Notes under the pieces: model-generated
Seen by the model: the letters and a program-made list of their open reading frames with translations, nothing else
Database searches by the model: none
Told to the model about the DNA's origin: nothing
Translations under genes and position numbers: made by a program
NCBI GenBank assembly: GCA_017992555.1
Contig: JAGOOK010000004.1
Coordinates: forward strand, 1-63,233
Direction of reading: 5' to 3'
Origin: Caldisericia bacterium
GTDB taxonomy: Bacteria > Caldisericota > Caldisericia > JAAYUI01
Length of the DNA: 63,233 nucleotides
Shown: positions 31,341 to 40,558 of the stretch, piece by piece
How positions within the stretch are numbered: the stretch's first letter is position 1
Layout of the letters: the number at the start of each line of letters is the position of its first letter

Positions 31341-32590
31341 TTTTTCACCTCAATCGTTTTTGTCTTATCATCGTAAGATATTTGCGCACCGAGCATTTCA
31401 GAAACAAACCTCAAAGGTACCATTGTTACACCATTGCACATTATTTGTGGAGGCACCGAAGATGGCATGAGCTTTCTTTTTCCGTCAATGGTGGCATAAG
31501 AATCACCTATTACCATTTCAATCACCTTTGGCCCTGTATAGGAGATGGTGACCTTTCTTTTGGCCGCGTCCCAGGAGGCCTTGCCTCCAAGCGGCTCAAC
31601 TATTTCCTTTACAGGAACAATCGTCCTGCCATTTTCAATCTTTGCAGGACAACGCAGTTTTGTGCCAACTCCATCCACATAACCAACATAACTGCCAACT
31701 GTAAAAACGATGATCTTTTCTTTCTTTGGATTGGCAGCATTTGTCACTTTTTTCTGGAGTTTCCCCGAATAATCGTATGCAGACAGTGTTCCACCATCGG
31801 ATGACGAAGAGACAATCACCCAATCATTGTCCTGGTTAACACAAAGAGAACTGGAAGAAGCGCCAACGGCAAATTTCCTCAAATAATTCCCATCTTTGTC
31901 AAACACTTTGACGTTTTGGCCGTCCAGAACAAAGAAGAGGTCTTCATTTTTTGAAGCATCTATTGCGATTGGCGAACTTAACACACCGTTTTGAAAGCTC
32001 GAAAGATACGAACCTGAAGTGGAATATTTTTTGATGCTTTGTGAGTCTATTGCATAGATTTGCTTTGATGTTGAGAAATAACATGCCTTGGGCGAAGAGA
32101 GACCCGTTATCTCGTACCTAAACTTTCCATAGTCATCAATCACAGCAATCTTCTTAAGTTGAGGATCCACAATGGCCACCCAATAATCGTCATTTGAGCG
32201 CAAATAAACAATTTCTGAAGGATTTTTTGTTTGTCCCTTGCCTGCACCCACAGGCAATATATTTCTTTTAAAAACATAGTTATTTTTGGGATCAATCTCA
32301 AACATCTTGGTTTGGGATGTTGAAGATGAAACAAAAGAGATTTCACCGGCACACCAGCATACAGTGATTGAGTTTGCCTTCATTTGCTGTAGCTGTGATT
32401 GCGAGATGACAGTTTGCTGGTAATTAAGGTTTTTATCAAACTTCAGGACTTTTTGACCTGAAATATCCAATACAAAGGTGTTTCCGTAGGCATCACAACT
32501 TGAATCCAGTGGTTGGGATGATATACCCATGGTGGGTATAGGCATCATAATCAAGGAAAATATTACAACAAACGACAACCACTTTTTCAT
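31337..32590 (-). CDS. Exported NHL/beta-propeller protein with C-terminal copper-amine-oxidase N-terminal (stalk) domain (start ATG 32590; ORF track 32626)
   Basis: MKKW signal peptide; propeller repeats; GRTIVPVKEIVEPLGG and TMVPLRFVSEMLGAQISYD repeats. Confidence 0.8.
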   Translation of the reverse strand: MKKWLSFVVIFSLIMMPIPTMGISSQPLDSSCDAYGNTFVLDISGQKVLKFDKNLNYQQTVISQSQLQQMKANSITVCWCAGEISFVSSSTSQTKMFEIDPKNNYVFKRNILPVGAGKGQTKNPSEIVYLRSNDDYWVAIVDPQLKKIAVIDDYGKFRYEITGLSSPKACYFSTSKQIYAIDSQSIKKYSTSGSYLSSFQNGVLSSPIAIDASKNEDLFFVLDGQNVKVFDKDGNYLRKFAVGASSSSLCVNQDNDWVIVSSSSDGGTLSAYDYSGKLQKKVTNAANPKKEKIIVFTVGSYVGYVDGVGTKLRCPAKIENGRTIVPVKEIVEPLGGKASWDAAKRKVTISYTGPKVIEMVIGDSYATIDGKRKLMPSSVPPQIMCNGVTMVPLRFVSEMLGAQISYDDKTKTIEVKK

Positions 32591-32647
32591 ATTTAATTTT
32601 TTATCCTCCTTGAATATTTTTGTCAAGGGCCAAATGGGGGTATATAA

Positions 32648-32674
32648 AAAAAGGCCCCTAAAAGGGGCCTTTTT
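32648..32674. terminator. Intrinsic terminator after argF
   Basis: AAAAAGGCCCCT-AAA-AGGGGCCTTTTT. Confidence 0.88.
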
Positions 32675-32688
32675 GTTGAAAACGGTTG

Positions 32689-33624
32689 TCAGAGGACAAG
32701 CGCCAAAACTGCTTTTTGAACATGCAGCCTGTTTTCTGCCTCGTCAAAAACGATCGAGTATGGGGCATCAACAACTTCATCAACAACTTCTTCGCCCCTG
32801 TGCGCTGGCAGGCAATGCATGAAGATGGCTCCACCGCTCACTTCCATGAGTTTTGGTGTTACCTGGTACGGCATCATCCTCTTGACCCTCTCGGCATGCT
32901 CGGTTTCCTGACCCATTGAGGCCCAGACATCAGAGTAGATGACATCGGAATTCTGGACGGCTTCGATTGGATCATGGCTGACTTCGATGGTTGCACCGGT
33001 GAGCTCTGCATCCTTAAGTGCGTTGTCCCAGATAGTTTTGTCCGGAAGATCACCTTTTGGCGTGCAAATAACACAATCCATTCCAACTTTTGCGCAACCC
33101 TCGATAAGACTGTTTGCCATATTGTTGGCGCCATCACCCATATATACAAGTTTTCTGCCACAGAACGAGCCAAATTTTTCTCTTACCGTGAAAAGATCGG
33201 CAAGCACCTGGCATGGGTGAAGGAGGTCAGAAAGACCATTGACCACTGGAACTGAGCCATATCTTGCAAGATCAATAAGTTTCTGGTGCTGGAAAACCCT
33301 GGCCATAATTCCATGGACATATCTCGAAAGAACTCTTGCAGTATCAGCAATAGATTCACCACGGGCAAGCTGGAGATCACTTGAAGAGAGGTAGATCGGG
33401 TGTCCACCAAGTTCATGCATGGCAATGTCAAAAGACAGTCTGGTGCGTGTGGAGGGCTTTTCAAAAATCATTGCAAGAGTTTTGCCTGCAAGGATTGGAT
33501 TGATGAGCTTTCCAACCATTCTTTCAAGCTTGAGTGTGCGGGCAACATCAAATATCTGCTCGACTTCTTCGATGGTGAGATCGTGAATGGAAAGAACTGA
33601 CTTTCCTTTCATGTTTATTGCCAT
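32689..33624 (-). CDS. argF: Ornithine carbamoyltransferase (probably catabolic, ArcB-type)
   Basis: FEKPSTRTR, HPCQVLAD, SDVWASMG, FMHCLPAHRG, FDEAENRLH. Confidence 0.97.
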   Translation of the reverse strand: MAINMKGKSVLSIHDLTIEEVEQIFDVARTLKLERMVGKLINPILAGKTLAMIFEKPSTRTRLSFDIAMHELGGHPIYLSSSDLQLARGESIADTARVLSRYVHGIMARVFQHQKLIDLARYGSVPVVNGLSDLLHPCQVLADLFTVREKFGSFCGRKLVYMGDGANNMANSLIEGCAKVGMDCVICTPKGDLPDKTIWDNALKDAELTGATIEVSHDPIEAVQNSDVIYSDVWASMGQETEHAERVKRMMPYQVTPKLMEVSGGAIFMHCLPAHRGEEVVDEVVDAPYSIVFDEAENRLHVQKAVLALVL

Positions 33625-34934
33625 CAGAATTTCCCCTTGATGATGTCTTCGAGGGTTGGCTTTCCAAACACGCCAAGTTCATAACCAACTCTGACAATTG
33701 GTTTGTTGGTCTTGAGGACTCTGGTTATATCGATTGGTGTTGCAGAGACAACAACATCGCACGGCACTGCATCGATAGTCTCTTTGAGGTCTTTGATCTG
33801 CTCTGGTGAATAACCCATTGCTGGAAGTACATTTTCAACGTGGCAGTATTTTTCAAATGTTGCGGCGATAGAACCAACTGCAAATGGCTTCGGTGCGATT
33901 ATTTCTCCGGCTCCTGCTTTTCTTGCGGCAACAAATCCTGCGCCAAAAGTCATTTCGCCATGAGTGAGTGTTGGGCCATCTTCAACAACCAAGACCCTCT
34001 TGCCCCTGATCAATTCTGGTTTTTCAACAAAAACTGGCGAGGTTGCTTCAACAATCATGGCCTTTGGGTTACGCTGGAAGATGTTGCTCCTGACGATTTC
34101 AACGTCCTCTGGATATGCCGAGTCGATCTTGTTGATTACGACAGCATCGGCAATCAGAAGGTTTGCTTCTCCAGGATGGTAAGATATTTCATGGCCTGGT
34201 CTGAGTGGGTCAACTACCACGATGGCAAGATTCGGCATAATAAATGGTAGATCATTGTTTCCGCCGTCCCAGATAACAACATCAGCTTCTTTTTCTGCTT
34301 CCTTGAGAATGGCGCCATAATCAACGCCAGAGTAGATTACTGCCCCAAGGTCAATGTGTGGCTCATATTCTTCTCTCTCTTCAATAGTGCACTTGTGGGT
34401 ATCAAGGTCAGCGTAAGTTGCGAATCTCTGAACAGCCTGCCTTGCAAGGTCACCATAAGGCATTGGATGTCTTATTGAAACAACCTTTTTGCCCATGCCA
34501 CGGAGGACTTCAATGACAGCTCTGGTGGTCTGGCTCTTGCCACAACCAGTCCTGACGGCAGTAACCGAGATGACCGGCTTTGAAGACTTGAGGGCGGTCT
34601 TTTGCCATCCAGCGAGTACAAAATCTGCACCATTGGCAATGACCAACGAACCCTTGTTCATTACAACTTCGTGTGGCTGGTCCGAGTATGCGAACATGAC
34701 TTCATCGGCCTTGAGGTCTTTTATGAGGCGTGGAAGCTCTGATTCGTCATAAATCGGTATTCCGTTTGGATAAAGCTTGCCTGTAAGTTCAACCGGATAC
34801 TTTCTCCCAGCTATGTCCGGGATTTGTGTGGCCGTAAAAGCAACAACTTCATAATCCGGATTGTCTCTAAAGAGCATGTTGAAGTTGTGAAAATCTCTTC
34901 CAGCGGCACCCATGATGATTACTTTTCTAGCCAT
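33624..34934 (-). CDS. arcE: P-loop NTPase of the cyclic-2,3-diphosphoglycerate-synthetase-like family; probable arginine synthetase (ArcE)
   Basis: GAAGRDFHNFN, FTATQIP, AVRTGCGKSQT, RHPMPYGDL, TIEEREEYEP, WDGGNND, VEDGPTLTHG, LPAMGY; 1-nt overlap with OTCase gene. Confidence 0.8.
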   Translation of the reverse strand: MARKVIIMGAAGRDFHNFNMLFRDNPDYEVVAFTATQIPDIAGRKYPVELTGKLYPNGIPIYDESELPRLIKDLKADEVMFAYSDQPHEVVMNKGSLVIANGADFVLAGWQKTALKSSKPVISVTAVRTGCGKSQTTRAVIEVLRGMGKKVVSIRHPMPYGDLARQAVQRFATYADLDTHKCTIEEREEYEPHIDLGAVIYSGVDYGAILKEAEKEADVVIWDGGNNDLPFIMPNLAIVVVDPLRPGHEISYHPGEANLLIADAVVINKIDSAYPEDVEIVRSNIFQRNPKAMIVEATSPVFVEKPELIRGKRVLVVEDGPTLTHGEMTFGAGFVAARKAGAGEIIAPKPFAVGSIAATFEKYCHVENVLPAMGYSPEQIKDLKETIDAVPCDVVVSATPIDITRVLKTNKPIVRVGYELGVFGKPTLEDIIKGKF

Positions 34935-34939
34935 TGTTA

Positions 34940-35254
34940 TTATGCCTCCACTATCTCTTTGATTTTAAGCTGCGTGTATTCCTGGCGATGGCCTTTCCTC
35001 CTACGATGATTGGTCTTGTGTCTGTAGAAAAACACGACGAGCTTTCTTCCTTTACCATGGCTCATCACTTGGGCAACAACCTTGGCATTATTGATGAACG
35101 GCTTGCCAACATTTATGTTGCCATTGTTTTCGATGAGCGTTACCTGATCGAGGGCGTAATCCTCGCCAACTTTGGCATCCAGATGCTCGACCTTTATTGT
35201 GTCGCCTGCAGCGACTTTATACTGTTTTCCACCTGTTTTAATAATTGCGTACAT
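34940..35254 (-). CDS. rplU: 50S ribosomal protein L21
   Basis: MYAIIKTGGKQYKV...KGHRQEYT. Confidence 0.98.
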   Translation of the reverse strand: MYAIIKTGGKQYKVAAGDTIKVEHLDAKVGEDYALDQVTLIENNGNINVGKPFINNAKVVAQVMSHGKGRKLVVFFYRHKTNHRRRKGHRQEYTQLKIKEIVEA

Positions 35255-35332
35255 GGGTCCTCCATTTCAATAGTTCCAACTTAATAAGGCTATCTGATAG
35301 GTAATTCTTGTCAAGAAAAAAGGTTTGATGAT

Positions 35333-37804
35333 TTACCAGTCGTCGGGATATTTTGGGCGTTGACCAAAACAACTCAATCTGTGATCTGTTGTTGCGACCA
35401 AAACACATACAAAACCATTGTCATAAACAGATGGCGATGCAACCACTGACCCTGTAAGTTTTTCAGACCAGAGTGGTTTGCCTGTTTTAGCGTCAATCAT
35501 AAAAAACATCCCCGAATCAGAACCTGCAAAGATCACTGGTAACTGGGAACAATTTATAAGTATGGGGCTTGACCTCATTGATTCATCAATTTTCAAGCTC
35601 CATTGGAGACTGTTTTTGAAAGAATATATCCAGCCTGATTTTCCTTCGTAAATGACCCTGCAACCAGCCTGGTCAAGAATGGCCGATGAAGTAAGCTGGT
35701 GTTCGGTGCTTTGTTTAAAAAAGACGTATGGTTTTTGCCCCCAGGCAAAAAAGTGCAAACCATAAAAATTGCCATCCTTGGCTCCAGCCATAACTGTTGC
35801 TCCATCACAAACTGGGGTGGCCTCAATTGATGATTCAGTTTTGAATTCTGACAGTATTTGCCCTGTCGAGCATTGCACACACAAAATCCTGTTGTTGGAA
35901 ACGCCAACATACAACACTTTCTGCACTGGTTCCTGGTCGCTGTATCTTACAAACTGGTTGTAGTCTACGGTTGGTGCACCATAAGACCACCCACCAAGAT
36001 CAATTGTCCACTTTATCATTGGCGTGAGAGACAGGGCATTGAACATATAAAGTTTTCTATCTCCAGAGCCTATTACAACACAACCATAATGGTCGGTATC
36101 TGACTGGAAAACTGTTGGTGAACCATCAATCGGACCTGCTGTTTGGTATTCCCATATCACTTGCCCCGTGTTGGTATCCAGACAATAAAACTTACCATTC
36201 TGGTCGCCAAAAAACAGCCTTTCCATATAAATTGCCGGTGATGATCTTATTTTACCAGATGTTTTGAATTTCCATATCAGAGAACCATCGCTCACAGCTA
36301 TCTTGTACATGCTGCCATCATCACAACCAACATAGGCATAGCCATTTTTTGAAAAACATGGCGTTGAATATACAGCCTCTTTCAGTTCAACTTGCCACTG
36401 CAAGATAAATGGAAATTTGTCAATGGGTTTGATGTCCATAGTCGATGTCCCATTATGCTTTTGGTCTCCCCGGAACATCGTCCAGACTTTTTTCTCCTGA
36501 TACCCATAAAAAACCTGCTCTGGTGATTCCAGTGGAAAACTGAGGCAAGTACCCCATATTGATACTTCCTCGTCATCTTGGGACAACTGATCTTCCCAGG
36601 CAACAAAATCACCATAAATTCTGGGGTTTCTTTGATCGCCTATGCCTTTTGCGACACAGTATGTTTGCCCTGTATTTAAATTATATGCCATTATGTCAGA
36701 ACCGAACCTGTCAGATCCCGTAACCACCTCATAAATAACATACTGCCCGTCTGCACAGACATTCCTGTAATTGCCTGGCTCCGTTGCTACCGTTATCATC
36801 TTGCTTGTCAACACATCATAACCCTTGATGATCGGTCTGATTACACCAGCAAAGTTGGGTTCAGTGTTCTCATACCAGAAAACATACCTGTCGGCACCAA
36901 TCACAAGGCCATACTCCCTGTTCAGATTTGTAGAGATTGTAAGGGTCTTTTTCGTCGCTATGTTGTAACCGTAAACATCGGTCTGCCTCGAATCCGGGGT
37001 TTCCTGCGAATTCCTGTTGTCTAGCCATACAACAACGTCTCTTACTATTTTGGGAGTGATTTGGTCGCCAAAATCATTACAGACTGGGATTATTTTTTTA
37101 TTCGAGCAATTAAAAAGCTGAACATCCCAGTCGCCTCTTGGATTTTTTACGGTCATCGCAACAAAATTGCCAAAGAGTTCACCTGTCCCAGGGGTATCAA
37201 ATTGTTTTACGAGGAACTCCTCGCCACCTTCAGAAGGTAGACCATAAATGGCAAAAGACATTGAATTTTCGTTGCCTTTAGGAACATCCCTCCAGTCTCT
37301 CCAGATTACAAAATTTTCAGAAATCTGGGGATTGTCCTGCTTATTTTTTTCCTTGCACACATAGTCAGTAGTGCCCTTTTTGAAATCAAAAATCTTTATG
37401 TCGTAGTTGTCAACCCTCAGTCTGTCAGTATTCTCCGCCCAGACAAGCCTGTTTCTGTACTGTGCCCTAGCCCCAGATTTTTTTGCGTAATTTGGTGTTG
37501 CTTTTTCTTCACCACGGACCAGATCCATCATGTAGATACGAGGCATTATCTTGCCCTCGCGATCATGCAGTCTGGTATCGAGCCAGCTCATATAACCACC
37601 ATGAATCAGCGGAGCATTCTGCGTATGCTCGTAGTTTGTCAGCTTTCTGGGTTGGAAATTTGAATATATCATCCTCTTCGTGATACCAGCATTAGAGTTC
37701 GGTATTGTCCAGAAATCATGAGGAGAAATTAAAATTGCCATCAAAAAGAAAATAAGCCAGCACAAGGCCGGCCTGTTACTTAAATGGCGATTGCAGGATG
37801 GCAT
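35333..37804 (-). CDS. Exported two-part beta-propeller protein: TolB-like repeats + PQQ/BamB-like repeats
   Basis: Signal-like N-terminus; repeats such as DNPQISENFVIWRDWR and RNPRIYGDFVAWED; then WTMFRGD and IWKFKTSGKIRSSPA-type repeats. Confidence 0.75.
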   Translation of the reverse strand: MPSCNRHLSNRPALCWLIFFLMAILISPHDFWTIPNSNAGITKRMIYSNFQPRKLTNYEHTQNAPLIHGGYMSWLDTRLHDREGKIMPRIYMMDLVRGEEKATPNYAKKSGARAQYRNRLVWAENTDRLRVDNYDIKIFDFKKGTTDYVCKEKNKQDNPQISENFVIWRDWRDVPKGNENSMSFAIYGLPSEGGEEFLVKQFDTPGTGELFGNFVAMTVKNPRGDWDVQLFNCSNKKIIPVCNDFGDQITPKIVRDVVVWLDNRNSQETPDSRQTDVYGYNIATKKTLTISTNLNREYGLVIGADRYVFWYENTEPNFAGVIRPIIKGYDVLTSKMITVATEPGNYRNVCADGQYVIYEVVTGSDRFGSDIMAYNLNTGQTYCVAKGIGDQRNPRIYGDFVAWEDQLSQDDEEVSIWGTCLSFPLESPEQVFYGYQEKKVWTMFRGDQKHNGTSTMDIKPIDKFPFILQWQVELKEAVYSTPCFSKNGYAYVGCDDGSMYKIAVSDGSLIWKFKTSGKIRSSPAIYMERLFFGDQNGKFYCLDTNTGQVIWEYQTAGPIDGSPTVFQSDTDHYGCVVIGSGDRKLYMFNALSLTPMIKWTIDLGGWSYGAPTVDYNQFVRYSDQEPVQKVLYVGVSNNRILCVQCSTGQILSEFKTESSIEATPVCDGATVMAGAKDGNFYGLHFFAWGQKPYVFFKQSTEHQLTSSAILDQAGCRVIYEGKSGWIYSFKNSLQWSLKIDESMRSSPILINCSQLPVIFAGSDSGMFFMIDAKTGKPLWSEKLTGSVVASPSVYDNGFVCVLVATTDHRLSCFGQRPKYPDDW

Positions 37805-37814
37805 TTAATTACTA

Positions 37815-37843
37815 ATTTTAGATACTGGAGTTCAATAATGCAA
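37815..37843 (-). promoter_or_regulatory. Sigma70-type promoter for the beta-propeller gene
   Basis: Minus strand TTGCAT-N17-TAAAAT, 10 nt before ATG 37804. Confidence 0.55.
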
Positions 37844-37858
37844 TAGCTCCAATGTTTC

Positions 37859-39352
37859 TTAGACCCTCGCTCTTTTCCAGCTGCCTTTTCGAACCAGGAA
37901 GGTGTTAGTGATTGTGGACATGATTGCAGAAAATATACCAATATAGAATATCCACACATAACCCTGATCGAAAACTTTTACTGCCAGATAGACAAGGAGG
38001 ATATTAAACAGCCAGTTGTTCACCTGGCCAAATATTGATGGCCACATTGTATATCCTGACCCTTCAAACACAGCCCAGAGCATCCACTGTGCAGCATTTA
38101 TCATATTCCCAATCATGGAAAGTGCAAAAACACTCTTTCCAACTGCAATTACTGCTGGATCTTTGTTGAATACCCAGAAGATCTGCGGGGCAAAAAAATA
38201 CCCAACAACAACCATTATAAAACCAAGACAAACCCCTATCAGGACAGAATACCAGCCAGTCTTTTCCGACCTTTCCGGCTTTTTTGCGCCCAGGTTCTGG
38301 CCAACCAAGGCAGAAGTCGCTTGCTGAAGGCCAAGCAATGGAAGATTTACCAGCCCCGCAACTTTTCCACCTATTCCAAAAGCGGTAACCACACTCTGGC
38401 CGAAATTTGAAATAAGATTCATGAAAATTATCTGCGAGCTTGAGCCAACGAATTGTGTAACGGTAGGTGTAAAACCAATCCTCAGGTAATTTATCAATAT
38501 CTGGAGATCTGGCTTGAACAATCTTCCAAAAACAATTTTTATCCCACCTTTTTCAAAATGGAATTTCCAATAAGGTATTCTGACAAAATATTTGTAGTAA
38601 TCACCTTTCTTGTATGGCAACGCGAGGAAAGTGAACCTGGATATCTTGAACTTCAGGCCATTGCAAAGCATGTATATTCCGATTGCCACAGCATAGATAT
38701 ATGCAAGAACTGTTGCCAGCGCAGCACCGACAATCCCCATTTTGGGTATCGGACCAAAACCATGAATAAAGATAGGATCAATTACAATGTTGATTAGTGA
38801 AGATGTGGCAATAACAAACATGCTTGATTCAGCATCAGAACAGCACCGGAATATGGTATTGATGGTGTAATAAACAAAGATGAATGGCAATGCGGCCACA
38901 ATAAACCATCCATACAGCAAAGCCAGGTCAAAGGTGCTATAAGCACAACCGACAACAAGATCAGTTTGTGCACCAGCAAATCTCACAAGATAGGGAAGAG
39001 TAAACAAGCTTATGATCGTACCAGCCAGACCAGCTAAAAATTTATAAAGGATTGTTTGTTCAGAGGCCCATGCGGCTTTGTCGTAATCCCTGGCTCCCCA
39101 AAATCTTGATATGACTGTTATTGAACCAGGACCAAAAATCGAATTCAGCATTTGCATGAACGAGTTGGCAACGTTAAAAAAGAGTATTCCTGCCTGGGCT
39201 TGTGTGGCCAGCACTCCACCAAGCGTGCCTATCCAGAACATGTCTACTACATCATAAAGGTTTTCGAAGAGCCTCCCAAGTGCGCCTGGCCATGACAATT
39301 TTACCAGGTTTTTGAAGATGCTGCCTTCGGTGAGGTCGTGGCTTGGGTCCAT
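37859..39352 (-). CDS. MATE family efflux transporter
   Basis: LYDVVDMFWIG, NIVIDPIFIHGFGPIPKMGIVGAALAT, VGQNLGAK; ~12 TMs. Confidence 0.93.
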   Translation of the reverse strand: MDPSHDLTEGSIFKNLVKLSWPGALGRLFENLYDVVDMFWIGTLGGVLATQAQAGILFFNVANSFMQMLNSIFGPGSITVISRFWGARDYDKAAWASEQTILYKFLAGLAGTIISLFTLPYLVRFAGAQTDLVVGCAYSTFDLALLYGWFIVAALPFIFVYYTINTIFRCCSDAESSMFVIATSSLINIVIDPIFIHGFGPIPKMGIVGAALATVLAYIYAVAIGIYMLCNGLKFKISRFTFLALPYKKGDYYKYFVRIPYWKFHFEKGGIKIVFGRLFKPDLQILINYLRIGFTPTVTQFVGSSSQIIFMNLISNFGQSVVTAFGIGGKVAGLVNLPLLGLQQATSALVGQNLGAKKPERSEKTGWYSVLIGVCLGFIMVVVGYFFAPQIFWVFNKDPAVIAVGKSVFALSMIGNMINAAQWMLWAVFEGSGYTMWPSIFGQVNNWLFNILLVYLAVKVFDQGYVWIFYIGIFSAIMSTITNTFLVRKGSWKRARV

Positions 39353-39363
39353 AATAGAAAGAG

Positions 39364-39392
39364 ATTTTATGGGATTCGGACAGCGTTAACAA
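39364..39392 (-). promoter_or_regulatory. Sigma70-type promoter for the MATE gene
   Basis: Minus strand TTGTTA-N17-TAAAAT, 11 nt before ATG 39352. Confidence 0.5.
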
Positions 39393-39449
39393 GGAACCTG
39401 AAAAAGGTAATATTAAAAGACCGTTTTCAGTTTGTGATTTTTTCATGTC

Positions 39450-39478
39450 TGGATTGGAGAAGGATATTTCTATATAAT
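39450..39478 (+). promoter_or_regulatory. Sigma70-type promoter for hypAB
   Basis: TGGATT-N17-TATAAT ending 6 nt before GTG 39485. Confidence 0.6.
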
Positions 39479-39484
39479 GAAATT

Positions 39485-39838
39485 GTGCATGAACTTGGTA
39501 TAGCAAGAAACGTCCTCGAGATAATAATAGGCGAGGCCGACCAGAGAGGCAGAAGAGCGAAGTCTGTCCTTTTGAAGGTTGGCCAGATATCCGGCATTGT
39601 CCCTGAATCGCTCGAGTTTCTTATGAAATGCCTTTCTGAGGGTACACCGGCCGAAGGTCTTGAAGTGAAAATCGAAATCGTCAAACCAGTAATGGTTTGT
39701 AAGTCATGCGGCGAGAAATTCACCGTGGAAGAGCTTTCATTCTATTGCCCCAAGTGCGGGGGTGGCGATTGTGAAACCATCGAGGGCAAAGATCTTGTCA
39801 TAGAAACAATTACACTGGAGGGCGACAATGGATCTTGA
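39485..39838 (+). CDS. hypA: Nickel metallochaperone HypA/HybF (GTG start; ORF track extends to 39338)
   Basis: MHE N-terminal Ni motif, CKSC and CPKC zinc pairs, GKDLVIETI. Confidence 0.95.
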   Translation: MHELGIARNVLEIIIGEADQRGRRAKSVLLKVGQISGIVPESLEFLMKCLSEGTPAEGLEVKIEIVKPVMVCKSCGEKFTVEELSFYCPKCGGGDCETIEGKDLVIETITLEGDNGS

Positions 39839-40511
39839 GCTATCAAGAAAAGTTGACTTCAGGCATGAAGAAATAGCTTCAAAGATAAAAGAAAAGCTCT
39901 ATAAAAATGGCACTCTCTGCCTCAATTTCATAAGTTCTCCGGGTTCAGGAAAGACCTCACTTCTTGAGAGAACGCTCGATGCGCTCAAGGAAACATACAA
40001 TCTGGCAGTCATCGAGGGCGATCCGGAAACAGACAGGGATGCAAGAAGACTGGAAAAACTTCATGTACCGGTAATACTCATCAATACATCTGGGACCGGG
40101 GCATCCTGCCACCTTTCCCCAGCTGAAGTGGAACAGGCAATGGACGATCTCCTCCTTGAGACACCACCACTAGACATAATTTTCATCGAGAACGTCGGCA
40201 ACCTTGTCTGTCCTGCCGCCTATGATCTCGGGGAACATCACAAAGTTTTGTTGTTTTCAGTTCCAGAGGGTTGCGACAAACCGGCAAAGTATCCAGTGGC
40301 CTTCAGGGAATCTGACCTTGTGCTCATAAACAAGATGGACCTTGCCCCATACTGCGACTTTGACCTTGAATCCCTGAAGAAAGACGCCCTGTCTGTTAAT
40401 CCTTCACTCGAATTTATTACAATGTCAATAAAAAAAGGCGATGGCCTTTCAGAGTGGTTTTCATGGATCGAGAAAAAACTTGTTGAGGTAAAAAGGCACA
40501 CAAATAAATAA
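39828..40511 (+). CDS. hypB: Nickel incorporation GTPase HypB
   Basis: SSPGSGKTSLLE, VIEGD, CHL, ENVGNLVCPA, NKMDL. Confidence 0.96.
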   Translation: MDLELSRKVDFRHEEIASKIKEKLYKNGTLCLNFISSPGSGKTSLLERTLDALKETYNLAVIEGDPETDRDARRLEKLHVPVILINTSGTGASCHLSPAEVEQAMDDLLLETPPLDIIFIENVGNLVCPAAYDLGEHHKVLLFSVPEGCDKPAKYPVAFRESDLVLINKMDLAPYCDFDLESLKKDALSVNPSLEFITMSIKKGDGLSEWFSWIEKKLVEVKRHTNK

Positions 40512-40545
40512 AATAAAAAAGCCCCCTTCAGGGGGCTTTTTTATT
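40512..40545. terminator. Bidirectional intrinsic terminator between hypB and hutU
   Basis: AATAAAAAAGCCCCC-TTCA-GGGGGCTTTTTTATT. Confidence 0.9.
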
Positions 40546-40558
40546 AGTTAGTTTCTTG

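Noticed and set aside
33624-34934. Literal call as cyclic 2,3-diphosphoglycerate synthetase
   Set aside because: No 2-phosphoglycerate kinase nearby; coupling to OTCase and motif pattern favour the ArcE-type subfamily
39431-39448. TTGTGA...TCATG as a Rex, CRP or NikR site upstream of hypA
   Set aside because: Spacing and right half do not fit these consensuses
39338-39484. N-terminal extension of hypA in the ORF track
   Set aside because: Overlaps the divergent MATE start and both promoters; HypA needs MHE at its N-terminus
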